From the NCBI GenBank assembly GCA_013239625.1, contig MU054212.1:4198650-4262649 (forward strand): a DNA stretch of 64,000 nt, in the 5' to 3' direction. The notes under the pieces are model-generated. The model did no database searches. It was not told the DNA's origin and saw nothing but the letters and a program-made list of their open reading frames with translations. Below, one piece after another: positions 24,612 through 37,620 of the stretch. Within the stretch, counting starts at the first letter, position 1. Every line of letters starts with the position of its first letter. The translations under genes were made by a program, and so were the position numbers. This DNA is from Lama guanicoe. Taxonomy: Eukaryota.

Positions 24612-25117
24612 TGTATTAGTTATCCACTGTTGTGTAACAAATGACTCCCAAATTTAGCAGCTACAAACGAGACTTAATGATCTCAGAGATTCTGTGGATC
24701 AGATTTACAGCAACAGGATGTATGAATGCTTTAGCTCAAGGTCTTTCAGAAGATCGCAGTCAGGTTTTCATGATGGCTACAGTCTCATCTGAAGATTCAC
24801 CTGTGCTCTTCACCCAAGCTCACTCGTGTGGTTGTTGTCAGGCCTCAGTCTCTTGTCATGTGTGCGCTCCGCAGAGTTGTCTCAGGATGTGGTGGCTGGC
24901 TTCCTCAGGGGTGAGTGAGTTAGAGAGTGAAAGTGCCCAACGTGAAAGCCACTGTCTTTTTCTAGTTTATCTCGGATATTACATCTATCACTTTTGCTAT
25001 ATTTTTTCACTATAAGGGAGTCATTATGTATAGTCCACCCTCAAGGGAGAGGATTGCATAAAGGGATGAATAGCAGAAGATGGAATTATTGGTACACATC
25101 TTAGGGACTGCTCATCT
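24612..25117 (-). mobile_element. MLT1F-like MaLR LTR, inserted into an old antisense L1
   Basis: TGTATTAGTTATCCACTGTTGTGTAACAAATGACTCCCAAATTTAGCAGCT...; 'gtctcatctgaag', 'caagctcactcgtgtggttgttg', 'ccaccctcaagggagaggatt'. Confidence 0.85.
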
Positions 25118-25251
25118 CTTTGAGCAATTTACTATTTTTTTGTTGGCATAGAAGAAGTATTTATGTACTAAAGTCCTTGTGTATTATGTCTATCCACCTT
25201 TATAAAATATATTGCATAATACTCCCGCTTTGCAATTTACCTTTTAGATTA

Positions 25252-25323
25252 TCTTTCTTCCTTCTTCTTCCTTTCTCCCTCTCTCCATCCCTCCTTCTTT
25301 TCCTTCCTTCCTTTCTTCTTTCT
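25252..25323. repeat. CT-rich low-complexity repeat
   Basis: tctttcttccttcttcttcctttctccctctctccatccctccttctttt... Confidence 0.85.
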
Positions 25324-25875
25324 TGCAAGAAAGAAGGAAATTATTGTATGGTTAACTATTTTTAATGATCCACCATAGACTCAAATTCTAAATCATGCAC
25401 CAGTCTTTTAGTATAGGTTGATTTCTATAAAACAATGAAACTAATCTTATTTAAATTGCTTTCACTAACAAAAGATTTTAATAACTCTTTGGTTTCTTAC
25501 TGAGACATAATATATAATATAGATCCAGTGGTAGTTACAACTAATAAGCTTTTCCACAACTGTATTTATTAAATTTATCAAAATTGTTCAAGTCAGTCCC
25601 ACTTTATTTTTAGTAATTAGCATACTCTGGGAATGAAATAGGGAAGCATTTGGAAGCTTCTATCACATGAAAGGAAAAACTGTCAGGTGAAAAGAAAAAC
25701 AAGGTTGTATTTTCTCTGTAAAAATTAAATAGAGGTTAATGGTTGGCATTACAATTTTTTAGTTAACTCTTAAAACACCTTTTAAATATGTAAGTAATTT
25801 TAGAGTGGAATGACCTCCCTATTATAAAGGAAACTTATTTCCAATGTAGATATTAAGTAATGATGAGAATTACAT

Positions 25876-26238
25876 ATTGGTGAAGATTCAATATTGTTAA
25901 AATGGTCATACTGCCCAAGGCAATCTACAGATTTAATGCAATCCTTATCAAATTACCCAGGACATATTTCACAGAACTAGAACAAATCATAGTAAAATTT
26001 ATATGGAACCACAAAAGACCTAGAATTGCCAAAACATTACTGAAGAAAAGAAAGAGGCTGGAGGAATAACTCTCCCAGACTTCAGACAATACTATAGAGC
26101 TACAGTAATCAAAACAGCATGGTATTCGTACAAAAACAGACATATAGACCAATGGAACAAAATAGAGAGCCCAGAGATAAACCCACAAACTTTTAGTCAA
26201 CTAATCTTCGACAGAGGAGGCAAGAATATACAATAGAG
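25876..26238 (+). mobile_element. Young L1 ORF2 internal fragment (region just after the RT domain)
   Basis: Translates to [50 protein letters not shown] / (1-nt frameshift) [46 protein letters not shown], clearly L1 ORF2. Confidence 0.95.
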
Positions 26239-26639
26239 TACAAAAACAAAATCTTGATTTGGGACAGGAGATTGAACAAGGTGATTGCCATAATCTCTTA
26301 AGAACTAACACATAGTGAACATCTAGCATTTGAAGTCTTGCCTGGTTGTAGGCAAACCTCATGCAGTGAAGTCCTTCATGTTTTTCTTCACTTCATAACC
26401 AGAAAATCATTTTTATGGAGAATGAGACTAATATCCATTTCAATGTATCAAATTTTCATTTACTTTCTCTGCAAAATGAAGGAAATAACATTTACCTAAA
26501 ATATTTGTTGAGGATTAAATGCCTTCAAATTTTCTGAAATTTCTTATAAATTTCCAGGACCAAAATAAACCTGTGTGGGTTTTCCCAGGTTTTGGATTGG
26601 ACCAGATAAAGTCCATGCCTGGAGCAGCCAGAAACGTGC

Positions 26640-27280
26640 AGCCAAGAGAAAGACTAATTAACACATGTGTTTTCTCCACAAGGCCCATCACAGCCTTCCA
26701 TGCTTAGCGCCGTGCTTGGGGGCCATCTGAAATAGTGAAATCACAAATAGAAAGCAGAGAACTGCAAAACCCATGCCACTAAATAGGCAGCCAAAAGGAC
26801 GTTTGTTTCCAGTAAGAGAGCTGAAACGAGAAGGTGAGACTCACTTTTTTCAACCTCACAACCTGGGAACGTGCACACCAGGAGACACGTTTTTCACCCC
26901 TCTTTATTATTTTACATGTCTTCAAATGATAGAGAATGTGCTGTGATGACTGACTTTGGGGTTATGAATAAATTTAAGCAAGTAGGCAAATTTGCAAATA
27001 TGAAGATGGCAATAAACTCTACCTTCTGAGTGTCACCAGGAAAAGGTGTAGGAGAAAGAGCATGTTTTCAATATTGATGAGACTGGCTTGCTTTACAAGG
27101 ATGTTGGCAAGTAAACTTACATAACACAGTGACATTTTGGTTGACAAAAAAAGTGACCTGAGGCTTGCAGGAGCCTAATCCTGGTATTTCCCCGGGGAGC
27201 AATAATCAGTATTCACTAGTTTAGTATTTGGTGTGCCTTCATCAGACACAACTGTGGTGAGTAATGAGTGGACTACATAG
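26640..27280. mobile_element. MER82-related TcMar-Tigger remnant, apparently rearranged
   Basis: 26640-27015 resembles recalled MER82 ('catcacagccttc', 'gcttgggggccat', 'gagagctgaaac', 'ttggggttatgaataaattt'); 27061-27099 encodes HVFNIDETGLLYK, a pogo/Tigger DDE motif; 27135-27280 resembles the other MER82 arm. Confidence 0.75.
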
Positions 27281-27294
27281 TTACCCAAACAAAA

Positions 27295-27520
27295 ACAATA
27301 ATGACATTGGATTCTTTATTGAGGCCTTTCTTTGCACAAGGCACAGAGCCAAGCATTTCACAAATTTTATAGCCAGCAACTAAGGAACCTTATTATTCAT
27401 GTTTTATAGAGGGGGAGATTGTAATTCAGTAAATTTAAGGATCTCAAGTAAACAAAGAGCCTGACTTTGAATACCGGGCTCTTTGACTCCGAAGCCAGTG
27501 ATGTTTCTGCCTCTCCCCAC
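27295..27520 (-). mobile_element. MIR
   Basis: 'ttattgaggc...gcacagagccaagcatttcaca...ttttatagagggggagatt...tttgactccgaagcc'. Confidence 0.7.
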
Positions 27521-30500
27521 TGCCTGAGTTTAATGATGAAGTTGGTTGACTACATATTGTTATTAGGACTGTTTGTAAAGTCAGTCAGACCATCAGAATC
27601 TGACTGTCATAATTTTCAAGCATAAATGTGGCAATTAGGGAGGAAATGTCTTGTGTGTCAACAAGTCGGGGCCTATGGCCCTTGCTACCAAAGAGGTGAA
27701 TCCAGTGTGCTCCTCTGTCCCCTTTCTCTGTATTCACCTGCTTCTTCATTCTGTCCTTATCCTGCCAGCTATACTGTGGCTACCGTTAAGACATATTCCA
27801 GAACATTTCATTCATTTGGACATGTCATGAGATCCGTTGATTCAGATTCTTCTAATTTACATAAATGATTATATTCATGAAAAATGCAAGAGTGTCTTAA
27901 CTGTAATACTGAGTTGACAATTGTGTAATTATGAGAATGGGAGTTTTCAGAACTAGAGTTAGATTGGCGCTCCCATTTCTAACCCCTTGTCCATTCCTGC
28001 TGCTGTGAATAGCGTAACATTTGAAAGTGTGAAATTCTCAGATAGAACTAAGCACATTTTTGTTTTTGTTTTTGTTTTTTTACCTTGAGAAATTAAAAGG
28101 GCGCAGAAACACGATTTTAGAGAAATGTTGCATAAGGATAATGATATGTATCACACTTGAAAGTGTTTGACCTTTCCTGGGGCCTTATGTAGGTAGAAGG
28201 AAGGAGAAGGTGAAGGAGAAGGTAAAGGATAACTTAGAAAAACAGTTCATGGAAATGAGAGGTGACCTGGCTCTCCTCCATCATGGGATGGTCCTTTCTG
28301 TAACAGGCATTTCAGGGATTGTATCAGTGAGATCTCTGCCATTGATTTCCTTCTTAGGAAATTCACCAGACTATGATGTAATTTTTATTTGTGATGAAGG
28401 AATTATAATTACCATCCCATAGCCTAACATGGTGAAAATATTTACAAAGAGAGCAAGACCCTTATATTTGTTGTTTTACAACATAGCACAGCGCATGCAG
28501 CTTGGGTATAAATAGGTGAAGATTTTAATTATCGGATGGAAATGTCTAAGACTCTATGGGAGACAGTGTGAGAGAATTAGTATAAAAGAGAGATTGTCTT
28601 GAGCAAAAATCAGCAGCCTCCCCCACATTCTTGCCTGAGCTCGCCCCGCTTGCCAAGAAATACAGAACATAAATCTGTTTTTACAGTATCCGCGAGTATC
28701 TTAACAGATGGACTTCCAATCACCACTACACAGGTACTCATTGTAGATACAAGATGTTATAACTTAATGTAAGGTGTTACTTACAGATTCATTAAACACT
28801 ACTTGTAAATGACTGGGATAACTAGAAAGTATTCCAATCTCAGCTGAAACAGTGCTCTTTTTGATTCACCGAAGTATATGCTACAATTCTTGATACTTAA
28901 AAGTACTTTCTGTTTGTATTTAATTAAACAGTAAGAAGTTATATGAGCTCTTCCATGAAGAAAATTACTTTTGGAAATTTCCCACTACTATTGTTGCAAT
29001 ATTCAGAAGCTATCACCTTGGGGTTTTGAAATATTGAGAAAAATATTAGAATAAAAATTTAAGGGAATTTTTAGAAGTACATCTTAATTATAAAAATGCA
29101 AGAATTAAAACTCATTAAAAGTTCAAAGATGAATCTAATGAAATCACCAAAATTTAACTATCTAGATAAAAGGAAAATTAATATTTATTACAAATCTCTC
29201 TCTTTCTCCATGGTGTCTATATCGTGCGGTACACTCCATTAACATGGATGTCGTGGAAAACAGCCGAGGTAGTCTACTTTGTGTTGGCATTCTTCTATGT
29301 TAAAAAATGTAGTTGGTGTGAAAGGTGAAATTGAATAGAGGTACCACTTGTTTAGTAAATGCAATTAATCTTCATAATTTTGATGAAGAGGTAAAGGAAT
29401 AGAAAACAATTCAAACTGAGATATTCAAGAGAGTAGAATAATTTGGAAAATAATCTTGTAGTGTCTACTTTTCATGCCAGTAATACAGTGAGCTAAACTG
29501 CTGTTCAGCCTCATCACTGGGGATGTGATGCACCCTGTAGCTTCGTACGAATTGCCACAAATGCAGGATGGCTGGTGCAGAGAAGGAAAGACATTTTGTC
29601 TGAAGGACTGCCCCCATAGCTCCACTTGAGTTTATGTTTGTTTGCAGTTTTCGTAGCTTTTCAATGTATTTACACACATTTTGTCTATAGCATTGAAGCA
29701 GTAAAAAAACTTTCAAAACAAACCAAAGAAAACCTGATTTTTCCATAAGATGATTATAATGTCATATTAAAGCATTTTTTTTGATATTGTGCAAACACTT
29801 TGACAGTATTTTCAAGGTTGATGAATTCACCAGGGTTCCTCTGAGGTTTGTTTTTTTTTTTTAAGAACATATTATGGCCGGAAAAGTACTAGACTGTATT
29901 TCATATGGATCCTGAATTATATTATAATTGTTAAGCATTATCACAATTTAAAAGGAGGCAGCATGTCTATCTCTGAATAGATATCCTTATAACAATTTTC
30001 TTAAATGTCAAGAGGCTAAATAGAGAAATACGCATTATGTCAAACTCATATTTATTATTTTTTCCACAAGATGAAGTTAACATTTATGGAGCTACAAGAT
30101 TCCATTATTCTAAACACAGAGCAGAAGGAGCATTCGTGAAGAGTGCTGGAAATACTAGATAAGCTTTTAGTGACTAGCAGTGCCAAAGCTCGCTGTACCT
30201 AAGTTATCTGGGATGCCTCCTCATTATTTTGCCTTGCTGTTGCTAAAGGGGAAATCTATTAACTGAAAAAAAAAATTCAGACCAAAGAATCAATTACTTC
30301 CCTTTCTGTAGTCATCACGATAAGCCTACCCTTTTATGTTTAACACGAGGACGCAGGTTGCAGCAGAAATCACTTGAACATTCAAAGATGCTTTCCCTTA
30401 AGGAAAATTAGATATTGGTGACTGGCAGCCACAAATATGTGGAATAAAGGACATATGCTAAAATCATTTCCCTCTCACCAAGTACATTCTTCACTCTGCC

Positions 30501-31114
30501 ACCGCTGTGCCAGCCCTGAGTTGTTCCGGAGATTGGCTCACCAGCTGGACTTTATTACACCAATTAGAAAGGTGACCTTTTACAATAACCAGTAGCTTTA
30601 TTATTATTTTTTTCAATGTGAAAATTATAAGTGGCATATGTAGAACATTGCAAAGGAACAGAGAAGTCAAATAAACATCATTTTAGGAAGTAGATCTACA
30701 GAGTTTTACAACATATTTCCATTTCGTCATGCTTAAGTTGGTTTGAGTTCATGGAACTGGACACATAGTTGCCCTGCATTTCAGTGGCGGTGCTGTTTAT
30801 TCCTCTTACTGCTTTGAGGTTTTGAACAATACAAAACAATGCGATCAACCACTTGACAAAAACTAATACCCTGTGTACAAAGTCCTTTTTTTCAGTCAAA
30901 AGTACATGAACTCCTCTATCATTATGCTTTTTGTAAAAAAAACTAAATTGTTAGGAATTATTCATTAATGAGATTGTTCAGGATTTTATGCTTTAGAAAT
31001 GTAGATATTTGAACATCTTTTGTTACTCTTTGAGGATCTATTACTTTTGAAGTGCACAGACCTGAAAATAATTGTTCAACTATAACAAAACATGTTTCTA
31101 GTACAGCGGGTTCA

Positions 31115-31320
31115 ATCAGAAATAAACTTGGGGCTTAGTTCTACTCCTTAAAAAAATGCATAACATTGATGAAATTATTTGATCTCCTTACCCCCAGTTT
31201 CATTATCTTAAAGTTAACAATACCAATATCACAGAGCTGCTATTGAAATTAGCATGAGATAATTTACATAAAATACTTAACCCTGAGTGGTACATAGTGA
31301 GTTCTCAACAAATATTTGTT
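31115..31320 (+). mobile_element. MIR
   Basis: 'cagtttcattatct...atcacagagctgctattgaaatt...gagataatttacataaaatactt...tggtacatagtgagttctcaacaaat'. Confidence 0.75.
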
Positions 31321-32544
31321 GACTGGATACATGGATAAATCTCTTTGTCAGACTGCATCGTTAAATCACTTTTCATTACAAGGAAAAAGAAAAATGACGT
31401 TTTTTTCTCTCAGGTCACTTTTATTAATTTGGGTATTTCCCTTTACTGGCTGAAATGCTTTTAGTCAATCATCAACTTTATTAAATGTCATTTACAATTC
31501 TGAGTTCTAGTTATATGCCATCAATTTCCAAACTGCAAATAAATACAAAATTTCAGTGAGAGAACAACATGTATAAGGGTATAATTCTGAAGGTGTACAA
31601 TCTTCATATTTCTGTAAATGCTTACCATCAAAGAATGGAGAATCAATGGATACTCAGTAATCCTTTAGTAGTGTGTGTTTGTGTGTGTGTGTTTGTATAT
31701 GTGGGAAAAAATTTATACTCCCACCAGCTGTATCATTTATCTATATCTGTATAACTTATGGGCAAATATCTGCATTTAGAAGTAAGTTCTACAAGAAGGA
31801 AAACGGAAGGCCTTCTACGAAGGTTGAGTTAGATTTCAAAGCCTTGTGTTTCCGTTTCAGTTGAATTATATCTTAGTTCCATGATTTTGGACAACTTGAA
31901 TTTTTCTGAGACTCATTTCCCCCATTTATTGAGCATATGGAATGATAAATGAAACAATAACTTGAAAGTGCTTGGCGAACCAGAAAGCGTCGGTCTATCT
32001 GTAGTGTCACGGGGCTGTCATCTATCATTGCCAGGAGGGAACACAGCCTTGCTCATTGCTCATTCTGATTGCCTGATCAGAAACTTGGGGAACTTGTAAT
32101 AGGCTGTCATGATCAGCTTCCTCTTCCTTTTCTACTTCCTTCTACAGTCTGGTCCCAGAAACTTTGCCCATATAACTTTGGACAGAATGGGTAAATATTT
32201 TGTGAGGCTTTGGTGGGGAGGAATCCTGAGTCAACCTGTCCACCTCAGTTTATTCTGACCCTGTTTCTTATAATGAATCATTAGTGCCCATTCATCTTCA
32301 GGTGATCCCACCATTGCTCCACATTTTTCTGCTTGTATATTACTATTTTTCACAGTCACCTTAACCTAGATCCGAAGCTGAAGCCTATAGCATCCTCAGA
32401 GAAAAGTTACTATGAGCTCATCCATTACATCTCCAGAAGGACTTCTCTGGAATTTCCTTTTAGTGCTAATAAATCCTGGTCCTCTGCTACTTCTACATTC
32501 TCAAATATTTTTATTTTTGTGGTTACAAACAATACTGTGGTTTG

Positions 32545-32680
32545 TTACATGTCTGTCTGTCTGCCTGACTAGAACTCAAGCTCTTTGAAGGCAAGGACTA
32601 TATATCTTTATCTAAATTAATTTTTGCCTATGTCTATAGCAATCAACACAATGCTGACATACATGCTGATTGAACTGAAA
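32545..32680 (+). mobile_element. L2 3' end
   Basis: 'catgtctgtctg...actagaactcaagctctttgaaggcaaggacta'. Confidence 0.65.
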
Positions 32681-32829
32681 GTAGAAGATAAAGAAAAACA
32701 GATTTATAAAATGTGATGGAACTTTTCACAATAAATGCATGCTTATTAAAGAAAAGTTAGAAAATAAATAGAAGAAGAAAAGAAGAAAAATGTACCAATA
32801 CAACCACTGTCAGAAGCACAGGTACTGAT

Positions 32830-33430
32830 AATAGTGAGATACCATTTTAAAACCACTACATTGATAAAAGTTAAAAAGACTGACCATCCACTATTGGTAA
32901 AGATATGGAAACAGCTGCTTGGAGTGTAAATTTGCTCACTTATCTGTTGACAATATCTAGAAGATATGTACACCTTTGGACCCTACAATTCTATACTCAG
33001 GTGTGTGACCTAGAACTCTTAGCACAGTGTATCCAAGAAAGCATGTGAAATTATGCTCATTGTGGTATTGTTTGCAAGAGGAGAAAACAGAAAACAAGCC
33101 AAACATTCTATCAGAAAGAGAAGGGACAATAAAAGGAATACCGTATAGGAATACTATATATAATACTATATATGAATGAATTGACTAAATGCATGAACAA
33201 GGATACGTCTTAAATGTTATTTGGATGCAAAGAACAAATTGCAGAATATTTGCATACATCATATCACTTACATACATTCAAATCCACACTCATAATATGC
33301 TGCATACAGTTTATGGATTTATATATATAATTTCAAAACCATAGGAAAAACCTAAAATCTGTGATGTAGTCCTAGAGAAGGTGGAAATGAGGAAATATAG
33401 GGAAGAAGAAGGATGGGACTAAGGAGGGAA
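32830..33430 (+). mobile_element. Old L1 (L1ME-like) ORF2 end and 3' UTR
   Basis: 'gtgagataccatttt...aaagactgaccat...tattggtaaagatatggaaac...gaccctacaattctatactcaggt'. Confidence 0.75.
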
Positions 33431-33970
33431 AGCACTGATGCTTATCTGTAGCTTGAAGTAAAAATAACATCCTGTGGGTGTAATCCTCCTACGCAACACA
33501 CATAGTTCAAACTTTAAAAAAATAGTTGTTATTTATTCAGGTCTTAAAACATACACCTTTATTTTATCTGTGTTGTATGCATTTCGAACAGTTTCTAATG
33601 ACAGTTATTTTGTGTGGCATTTAGGATGTATTGGAAATGTTTATTGGATATCTGCTTGATACTGGGCAGATTTAAAATTCTGCACAAAAATGAGAATCAG
33701 TGTCTAATTTTGAGTAGTCTAAAAAAATAGGAATCAAGACAATGTATATTGACTACCAGCTAGAAAATTTCTCAGGATGATTATTACCAAATTGAATTCT
33801 CTATTTATTTCCCATGTAATTTTGTCCCAGTTACATCTTTAAACACATACATTATCCAAGAAGGAAACAGGTTAGCTCTAAATATACAAACCATATAAAT
33901 AAAAAAGTGCACATACAATCGTGTAATATTGTCTTCCTAAGACACTGCTTTCTAGATCATATCCAGGCTG

Positions 33971-34022
33971 GCCAGCAGCACAACTCAGATTCGCCAGCAG
34001 CACAACTCAGATTCTCCAGCAG
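33971..34022. repeat. 22-bp tandem duplication (about 2.4 copies)
   Basis: GCCAGCAGCACAACTCAGATTC x2, then tCCAGCAG. Confidence 0.95.
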
Positions 34023-35113
34023 AATCTCTCCCCCCTTATATTTGGCTCTGCTGTTCCAAAGCCTTTCAATAAATGTATGTATATGAAACAATCCAGTCAC
34101 TTTCTACTTACCTGTGAAACAGGGAATCAATTTCTTCAGGGTCTTTGGTATTTACTGTTTCTGAAGCTCACTGAGGACTAGGTACATCTCCTACAGTGCG
34201 TTTTCCTTGTGGAAAATTATAGTCCACATTGTGCTGCCTGTTTATAATAAGCTCTGGAAGAAAGCTGTAGATTATGATCGTAGGTATTCGCGTGGAGTTT
34301 ACAACCAGGAGCTGAAGCAGAAAGGAGAATAACTGCCAATTTGACCTGTCTTTGTGACAGTCAAAGACTGTTATGTGAAGCGACTTCATAGAATCCATTT
34401 TTGGGATTTGCATGCTTTTTTAATCACACAGAAAGACAATTCCTTAAAATTTAACACTGAATATACGTTCTCATCATAAAACCTTCTCAACTCACAAGAA
34501 GAGCTAAGACTGGGGATTTGGGGATCTTCAATTTTACACATAGATAGTAATATATCAGAAGGTGGATGTGTGTGGATTTGCAAGCCTCTTAGTTGCACAT
34601 TAGAGAGAAAGAGAGGATACAGCCTGAGGTGAGGCTGGTCAAGTCAAAGGAAAAATAAAGCCATGAGACACATGTTTTCCAAATTTGAACTTACATTATT
34701 TAAGGATTTTTTTTTGGACTCTGACAATGAAAAAACAACGTGTAAAAAGATGAGCACTGAAAAAGGATGATAAAAGAGTAAAACATGGAGTCATGCAAAC
34801 TCCGGGTTTCTGCCAAATCTGACAGGCGAGCAACTGGCAGAGACTCGAGGGGAACTTGGACAATAACAGAAATAGCCGTGGCAAGGGCCACCTGCTTCTT
34901 TGAGGAGATTAACCACTGTTAAGCCCTTGGCGCTCTGCAGTGGAACCTTGTACCCGCAGGCAGGAGGCAGAGCGCGCTGTGCTGTCCGTCTTGGGAATTC
35001 ATTCCAAATCAGAGAGAATCATCCCTGCCTTCTGTTGAGGGAGGAGAGAGCAGGCTGCCGAAACAGCTGGGGTGCCTGCTGCCCTGAGAGTTTATCAGAG
35101 GCTGAACTTCCCT

Positions 35114-35244
35114 NNNNNNNNNNNNNNNNNNNNNNNNNNNNNNNNNNNNNNNNNNNNNNNNNNNNNNNNNNNNNNNNNNNNNNNNNNNNNNNNNNNNNNN
35201 NNNNNNNNNNNNNNNNNNNNNNNNNNNNNNNNNNNNNNNNNNNN
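35114..35244. other. Assembly gap (N run)
   Basis: Ns in sequence. Confidence 1.
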
Positions 35245-35251
35245 TGAAACA

Positions 35252-35337
35252 TGTATATAAATAAATATATAAATATAAATGTATAAATATATAAATAAGT
35301 ATATATATGTGTGTGTATATATATATATATATATATA
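35252..35337. repeat. AT-rich/(TA)n microsatellite next to the gap
   Basis: tatataaataaatatataaatataaat...gtgtgtatatatatatatatatatata. Confidence 0.9.
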
Positions 35338-36431
35338 AAGACATTTGTTCTCTTGTACACAGAGGATTCGTCAAGGTGTAGAGGACAACCCTCTAAAATA
35401 AGCTGAGGGATAATAAGACAGGCAGAGGAGGTTCTGGATACAAATAATCATTATGATCTCTAGGAAAATAGCTGTTTGCAGATGTAACATTCACAACATT
35501 GGGTCCTGAGTAATTGGGTGCTAACATCCCCTCGCAGCTTCAGAGGAAATATTTCATGATATAAAGCAGGAATTGTCAGAGAGCTCTCATTTCTACGATG
35601 GCGTATCCTTTGCAGCTCAGATCAGCACCCAGGAGTGACTCTCCACGCCCGAAGTTGCTTAAACTCTCTGATCGTCACAGCAGCACCACATGCTGATCGA
35701 TCTCTCATCCGAGAGAATGCAGATAGAGTGCTCGGGTCGGAGGAAGTGTCCGGGAGAACCACACAGAGCTCTGGGATAATAAGAAAATCAGGTAAATGGT
35801 GCTTAGTGGAGCTCATTGGTGGGAGAGCAAAGACTTTCAGAGCAGCAGTCAATGGTTGAGGACTCATCCTTAATAATTGTCCTTTGAGTGTTACAGATCG
35901 CTTACAGTTAGTAGTAAGAATCCTAAGAATTCTCCACAGAAAGAGAGTAACATGGGACTGCAAGAGAGGCCCCAGGCTAGATTAAAAAGTATTTTCTCAG
36001 CTACACTGGTTTAACATTATCATGAACTTCTTGATGAAAAGAAATCATTGATTAATATTAGAACCCACCGCAGAAATTTTATCATTTATCTACAGTAATG
36101 TTTTATGCTAAAATATATGCACAGTCATCCTCATAAAAAAGGGTTTCAATATATCGAATAAATCCTGAAGTTCAAGACCACTCCAGGGACAGTGATAGCC
36201 CCAGTTGGCTCTTTCAAGCAAGATTTTTGTGTTGTTCCACTCAGTCAGGACTCTGAATTGGTATATAATGTATAGCTATATATTTCATTAGCAAGAGGTA
36301 AGAACCACCATTTGAATGAATTTGCATATAATTAAATAAATAAAGCAGACGTGGGAAATGTTAGTGATTATCTGTGGGCAGATTATCTATAGTAAATAGT
36401 GATGAAACATTAATTGTCAACAGGAAATACA

Positions 36432-36536
36432 CACTCAAAGCTCTGGAGAACTCTGGTGTGCATCTGATGCTTACAGCACAACTCAGTTTGGTCCAGTCCC
36501 ACTTCAAGTGCTCAAGAGCCACCGGTGGCTAGCGTC
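36432..36536 (+). mobile_element. MER33-like 3' fragment
   Basis: 'ctggtgtgcatctgatgcttacagcacaactcagtttggtccagtcccacttcaagtgctcaagagccacc', similar to 37285-37355. Confidence 0.75.
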
Positions 36537-36904
36537 AAGGTCTACATAGCAAACTCAAAGTTCTATTTATTGTCATCTTTCATTTTTGAAGGTTCGCATT
36601 GCATAACCATTTACTTATTTGAAATGTTAATATCCTCATCTTTCCCCTTCCTCTTTGGGTCTCATGATGCTGAAGGTACAGTTGATCTTTTTTCTATGGA
36701 AACGATGTGAGAAGCACAAAAATATAGCTTTTGAAGTCCAATAGACTTCCGATTGCAGTATTTAAAGTTTCACACAGATTATTAAAATGTTAAAGATTTT
36801 TAAAACTCTATAAAATCCACTAATATAATACCGTTATCTTTTCCCAAACTCCCATCATGTCTCCGATACTTGGAGAACGCCTTACCTTGTTTGCCTCCAG
36901 TGTT

Positions 36905-37050
36905 AACGTCAGCCCTACAGGGCGTATGTTATGGTCCACATTTGTTAGATGGAAAAGCGTGGCGCAGTTCAACTGAAATGTTGTTCAAGGTATTTCAGCC
37001 AGTAAGGAGCATAAATGTTTTCCCCAACTAAATTTTCCTGGCTCCCCATG
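36905..37050 (-). mobile_element. MIR fragment
   Basis: 'cagccctacaggg...ccacatttgttagatggaaaagcgtggcgcag...ttgttcaaggtatttcagccagtaag'. Confidence 0.6.
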
Positions 37051-37063
37051 GAAAGGTCTACAT

Positions 37064-37385
37064 CAGCACTGTCCAAAAGAAATTGAATACAGGATACATA
37101 GGAAATTTAAATTTTTTCCAGTAAGCATATTTTAAAAAGAAAAGGGAAATCAGTAAAGTTAACTATCATAATATTTCTCCTTAATCCAATATATCCTACA
37201 ATTATCATTTCAACATGTAATCAATATAAAATATTACTCATGAGGTGTTTTGCATTTCTTTTTCTTACTAAGGCTTTGCATTCCAGTGTGCATTTGATAC
37301 TTACAACCCAGCTCAGTTTGGACTAGTCCCATTTCAAGTGGTCAGGAGGCACCAGTTGTTGGTGCCTACTGTACTGATACCCCAG
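37064..37385 (+). mobile_element. MER33 hAT-Charlie MITE, near full length
   Basis: CAGCACTGTCCAAAAGAAAT start, 'atcatttcaacatgtaatcaatataaaa' core, degenerate 8-bp TSD GTCTACAT/ATCTACAC. Confidence 0.88.
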
Positions 37386-37429
37386 ATCTACACAATTCAA
37401 AAATAAAGTTATGGCGTGACATAAGATTC

Positions 37430-37620
37430 AAAGGGCAAGGTTTAGTGGTCTCTGGCTCTACCACTTGTCATCTGAAGCTCACTAGACAATGGCTTAACCT
37501 GAGTCTTTCCCCGCAAATGTAAAAATTAGGTGATAACTATTTCATCCATAAAGTTGGAAGGGATCATTTAGTATTTGATGGAAAAGATTTGGTAGATTAC
37601 CTGACACATAATAGGCATCA
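37430..37620 (+). mobile_element. MIR
   Basis: 'ctggctctaccacttg...gcttaacctgagtctttcccc...tgtaaaaattaggtgataa...acctgacacataataggcatcaa'. Confidence 0.7.

Noticed and set aside
25925-26200. Hydrophobic 91-aa minus-strand ORF
   Set aside because: It is the antisense frame of the L1 ORF2 fragment
19183-34022. CRISPR-like reading of the 33-bp and 22-bp direct repeats
   Set aside because: Only two copies each, no spacer array, no cas genes, mammalian context
35616-35791. Possible 176-nt coding exon (ttgcAG ... CAG|GTAAAT) with one open frame
   Set aside because: Weak pyrimidine tract, unrecognisable peptide, no partner exons; compatible with chance
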